A DNA stretch of 61,405 nucleotides, filler included, from Aduncisulcus paluster (lineage: Eukaryota): NCBI GenBank assembly GCA_024181965.1. It is 3 parts of 3 records of this genome, joined end to end, with 100 filler letters (N's around TTAATTAATTAA, not from the genome) between each part and the next. Parts side by side here need not be neighbours in the genome. Positions count along the whole stretch, not along the records: positions 42,133 to 61,405 come from BQXS01013852.1; 2 more parts are not named here. One strand, given 5' to 3'. Numbering within the stretch: the stretch's first letter is position 1; each line of letters opens with the position of its first letter. A program made the position numbers and the translations under genes. Of the stretch, positions 58,007 to 61,405 are shown piece by piece. The notes beneath the pieces were generated by a model. The model ran no database searches and had not been told where the DNA came from. It saw only the letters and a program-made list of their open reading frames with translations.

Positions 58007-60167
58007 ATGAGTTCTAAAAGGAGTAAGGGAAAACATCTCCATAGTATGTTTATTTTTTCAACGATTCTATTTTAGCGATTATTTTCAGTGCAAGGGTATC
58101 AGAAGGATTTATGTAATAATTTATAATTTTTTACTTGATTAAGCCGAGATAGACAAGGTCTTAAAAAAGGTTAAGGAAGGGATATTGCATTTTGATGGAT
58201 TCTATGATAGATTGGACGATTCGGGGGAAAATGAAAGTTTACGGGAAAGAATTGAAAGTGAATTGAAGAAAGAGATAAAAAAATTGCAAAAAATGAGAGA
58301 ACAAATAAGATCGTGGATCTCTGCATCTGCCGTCGTTGATTTATCGCCATTAGAAAATGCAAAACTACGAATTGAAAGTGAAATGGAACGATTTAAAGTG
58401 TATGAAAAACAATCTAAACGAAAAGCCTTTTCGAATGCGTCTTTAGAGCAAGGAATTTCGGAATCATACCAAGCTCAGACTTCAAAGGCTGAAGCACGGG
58501 CGTGGATGCGTAAAATTATTGGAACACTTCAAGAGCGTGTGTCTAAGCTTGAAAAAGAACAGGAAGATATGCGTTCTCGCTCGAAACGAGGTGGGGGGGC
58601 TAGTCGAATGGAAGCTCTGTCTGAAAAGGTTGAAGAGTATTCATTCCACATTTCAAAGCTTGAACTCATCTCCATTGGGCTTGACAAAGAGTGGGTTCTT
58701 GCGGAGGACTTGAATGAGGTTCGTGAGACTCTCGATGAGTATATTGAAGGTTGTGATAGCGTTGTTGACAACATGGGTGAATTGCGGGAGTGGTTGTACG
58801 AGGAAATTGAAGAGATAATGAAAGAAAGAGGCTCTGGTGGAACTGAGAGCATGGTCAGGTCGATACACGATGGTACCATTGTCGAAGAAGAAAGTCTGGC
58901 GATGTCTGTAAAACTAACTCCAAAGAAACAGAGGGCATCGAGTAAGGATTCGAGGAAACAGGGGAAAACAAAGACCCGGAGTGTTAGTCGGGAAGAATCG
59001 TCAAGGGGAAAATCTCGGTCGTCTAGCAAGAAATCTGGGGATTCTAAAGCAAAGAAAGATGATGGAGAGAAAGATGATGTTCGCCAATCGTCTAAATCGA
59101 ACAAAGAACATGATTCTTTGCCTATTAAGAAGGCGAAGCTCTTATCCAAACAAGATAGAGCCATGAGTGCTCCTTCAAAGCAAGCATTAACAACTTCAGA
59201 AGGTTTGAAAAGAGGCTCGTCGTCTCCGTCACCGAAGAGTGGAATTATCAGTAAGTCTGCGGCTGTTCCTGTCTTGTACTCCTCCTCGCGGACTGGCGGA
59301 CGGGCCCTCTCCTCTTCTTCGGCCACAACGACTTCAAAAGAACTATCGTCGATGAAAGGGTCGGCTGACGAGACTCAATCGACACGAAAACGTTCAGTTG
59401 GTCAGCCTTCATCGTCTCTACTAAAATCCAAAACGGTTTCTCGACCTTCTGAGCCCGAAGACGCGAGTTCGAATCCCTCTGTCCCCGTAAAATATATCAC
59501 CATAGATATGAATGACTATCTGTATGTAACTCCAGTTTCTTCTACCGTATCTCTCACTGCCTCTTCGACGGCTTCAATCTCTGAGGACGACTTTGATACT
59601 ATGTTTTCTCCTGAGAAAGATATTCTTGCCCCATGCATTGAAATGTTCCCTCCACAACTTTCTCACCCTCCTCTCACCTCTCCTCTCTTTTCTCAACCTC
59701 AGAAACACCGTCTGAAGCTCATTAGAGAGAAACACACTGAAAGTCGGGAAAAGAAGCGCAAGGAATCTCCATCTTCTTGCGGTGTGCATAAATTCCCCTG
59801 CGTGTATGGACAATGTTCTATTCCCCCATATTTGATGGGATCTAGTGCTATCAGTGATCTCTGCCAATCGAATATTGAAACTGTCCTTAATCTCTATTAT
59901 TCTCTCCCATATTGTCCATTGCAGTGCATGTGTGTGAGAGCCCTTAGAGATAGAGGGTATACATTTAACGATAAGACAAATATATGGAGTATTCGGAAGA
60001 CTCCTGGCAGCGATATCGTTGAGTCTGGACCAGATGAAAGCAGCATGGATCAGTCCACTGAAAACAACAGTACATCATTGGGAAGTGTGAAACAAGCTCA
60101 TAAAGAAAGTGTTTTATTTCATTTTGATTTCTATAACTCAACATTTATTGAGGATTCAAAGAAATGA
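58007..60167 (+). CDS. NOT3: CCR4-NOT subunit NOT3/NOT5; exons 58007-58043 and 58144-60167
   Basis: Removing a 100-nt GTATGT..AAG intron gives MSSKRSKGKHLHTEIDKVLKKVKEG. Also ELKKEIKKLQKMREQIRSW, IESEMERFKVYEKQSKRKAFS, and a degenerate NOT box (ETVLNLYY..Q....ALRDRGYTF). Confidence 0.93.
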
Positions 60168-60942
60168 TGGTTTGTTTATAGCTTCTTTTAGTACAGTATA
60201 GCTTCTTTTATAAAATATTATTTTTTAATTACCTGGGCTTTGTTGGATTGGTGAGGGAATTTCAGTTGTGTGTGTTTTTAAGCTTTTTTGTTTGACTTTT
60301 TTTATTTATCTAGAAATTTACTGATATTTTTTTCATAGTCCAACATCTTTTTGTGATTGAACTTGTTGATCAAGTTGCTTAAGTATTATATCTCAATATT
60401 TTATTCCACAGAATTCTTAGAAATCGAATAAACAGACAGATTCTCTTCTTTCAACTTGGTTTGTGTTCTTTTCTCGATGAACTCGAAGAAATACATTTAT
60501 TTTTTGGAAAGGCCAAATTACTTCAATGGAAGAATCATTCATGAAATGATGGACTATCATGCCACCGGCGATATGACCGTCTCCTACTGATAACTTTTAT
60601 TCATAATATATTTGCTAGCCACTCCTCTTGGAGCCAATAAGCAAGATGCAGTCCCGAATTTGGAACTTCCAAACTGAAAGTTGCTGTCTCTGGTTAAAAC
60701 AGAGGGATTTACCCAAAAGACAATTTTTTTCAGAATTTAAAGGTGTTTCAAAAATTCAATATCTATTTTTAGAAAATCTATTTTTAGAATACCCATTTTC
60801 AAATCTCCTTAAAATTGAGAAAAATCAAGAGGTACACTTCTAATTCCATCATTGCAACATATTTCAGCTGATTTTTTCAATTGAATTTTTCTATTGATGA
60901 ATTTGGAAGATCCGTTTAGATGAGCAACTGTGACAACATAAT

Positions 60943-61405
60943 TTATTTATAGAAATATTGAGAAATACCAAAACGCTCGTTTACAGCCTTCCCCACATCA
61001 ATTCCAAGGATATCTTTGGTTCGTTTCCCTAAATCGCGTATTAATGAAGATTCGTGACCATATGAGAATAATCTTGGGTCCAACAATATAGCTTCACGAC
61101 GTTCTTGTTCCGATAATCTCTCAGTTTGTTTTCTTTTCCCTTCCATCATCTTCTCCTTTTCCCAAGCCATCTTCTTTCGAGCGCGCATTTCCTCCTCCTC
61201 ATCTTCTCTTCCCTCCTCTCCTACTTCTTTCTTCTCTTTATCCAGTGAACTATGATCCACACTCATATCTGCCAAATCAATGAACTGTTCGTATTTCTGC
61301 TTTTCTAAAAATAGCTGAACAACATCAGTGTCCAATTCAGTCCGAGACAAAAGAAGGGCAGGTGGTGAAGGAGGGAGTAAATTGTCCCAAAATTCCCATG
61401 GAGCC
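60943..61405 (-). CDS. 3' end of a hypothetical charged protein (5' outside window)
   Basis: 135+ aa Glu/Lys/Arg-rich ORF reaching toward the window end. Confidence 0.55.
   Translation of the reverse strand, partial: APWEFWDNLLPPSPPALLLSRTELDTDVVQLFLEKQKYEQFIDLADMSVDHSSLDKEKKEVGEEGREDEEEEMRARKKMAWEKEKMMEGKRKQTERLSEQERREAILLDPRLFSYGHESSLIRDLGKRTKDILGIDVGKAVNERFGISQYFYK

Overview
AT-rich, gene-dense, intron-poor eukaryotic DNA. It is a draft assembly: three scaffolds are concatenated by N-TTAATTAATTAA-N spacers (31948-32047, 42033-42132), and several small N gaps have duplicated flanks. Gene content points to an anaerobic flagellate, most plausibly a free-living fornicate (Carpediemonas-like); this is inference from an axonemal dynein, CFAP45, a glycine-cleavage T protein with a 13-aa presequence, an archaeal-type ProRS, a bacterial-type PepD and short GTATGT introns. 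Other recognisable genes are a long-chain acyl-CoA synthetase, two WBP1/OST48 copies, YJU2, TatD, a BPI/LBP protein, NOT3 and an LRR-EGF receptor. There are two main signals. (1) A kinase + helical (ARM-like) repeat family, with three close copies and one distant member. The close copies share a nucleotide-identical framework, but codons spaced i/i+4/i+7/i+11 are hypervariable and shared in a mosaic pattern, and one copy is a 5'-truncated cassette. This is a candidate diversifying recognition system. (2) Dead gene copies (pepD, proS, Tfc4-like) carry many short locally templated fold-back insertions, and some are bracketed by oppositely oriented (TAGTA/CAGTA)n arrays, suggesting an unusual break-repair or capping process.
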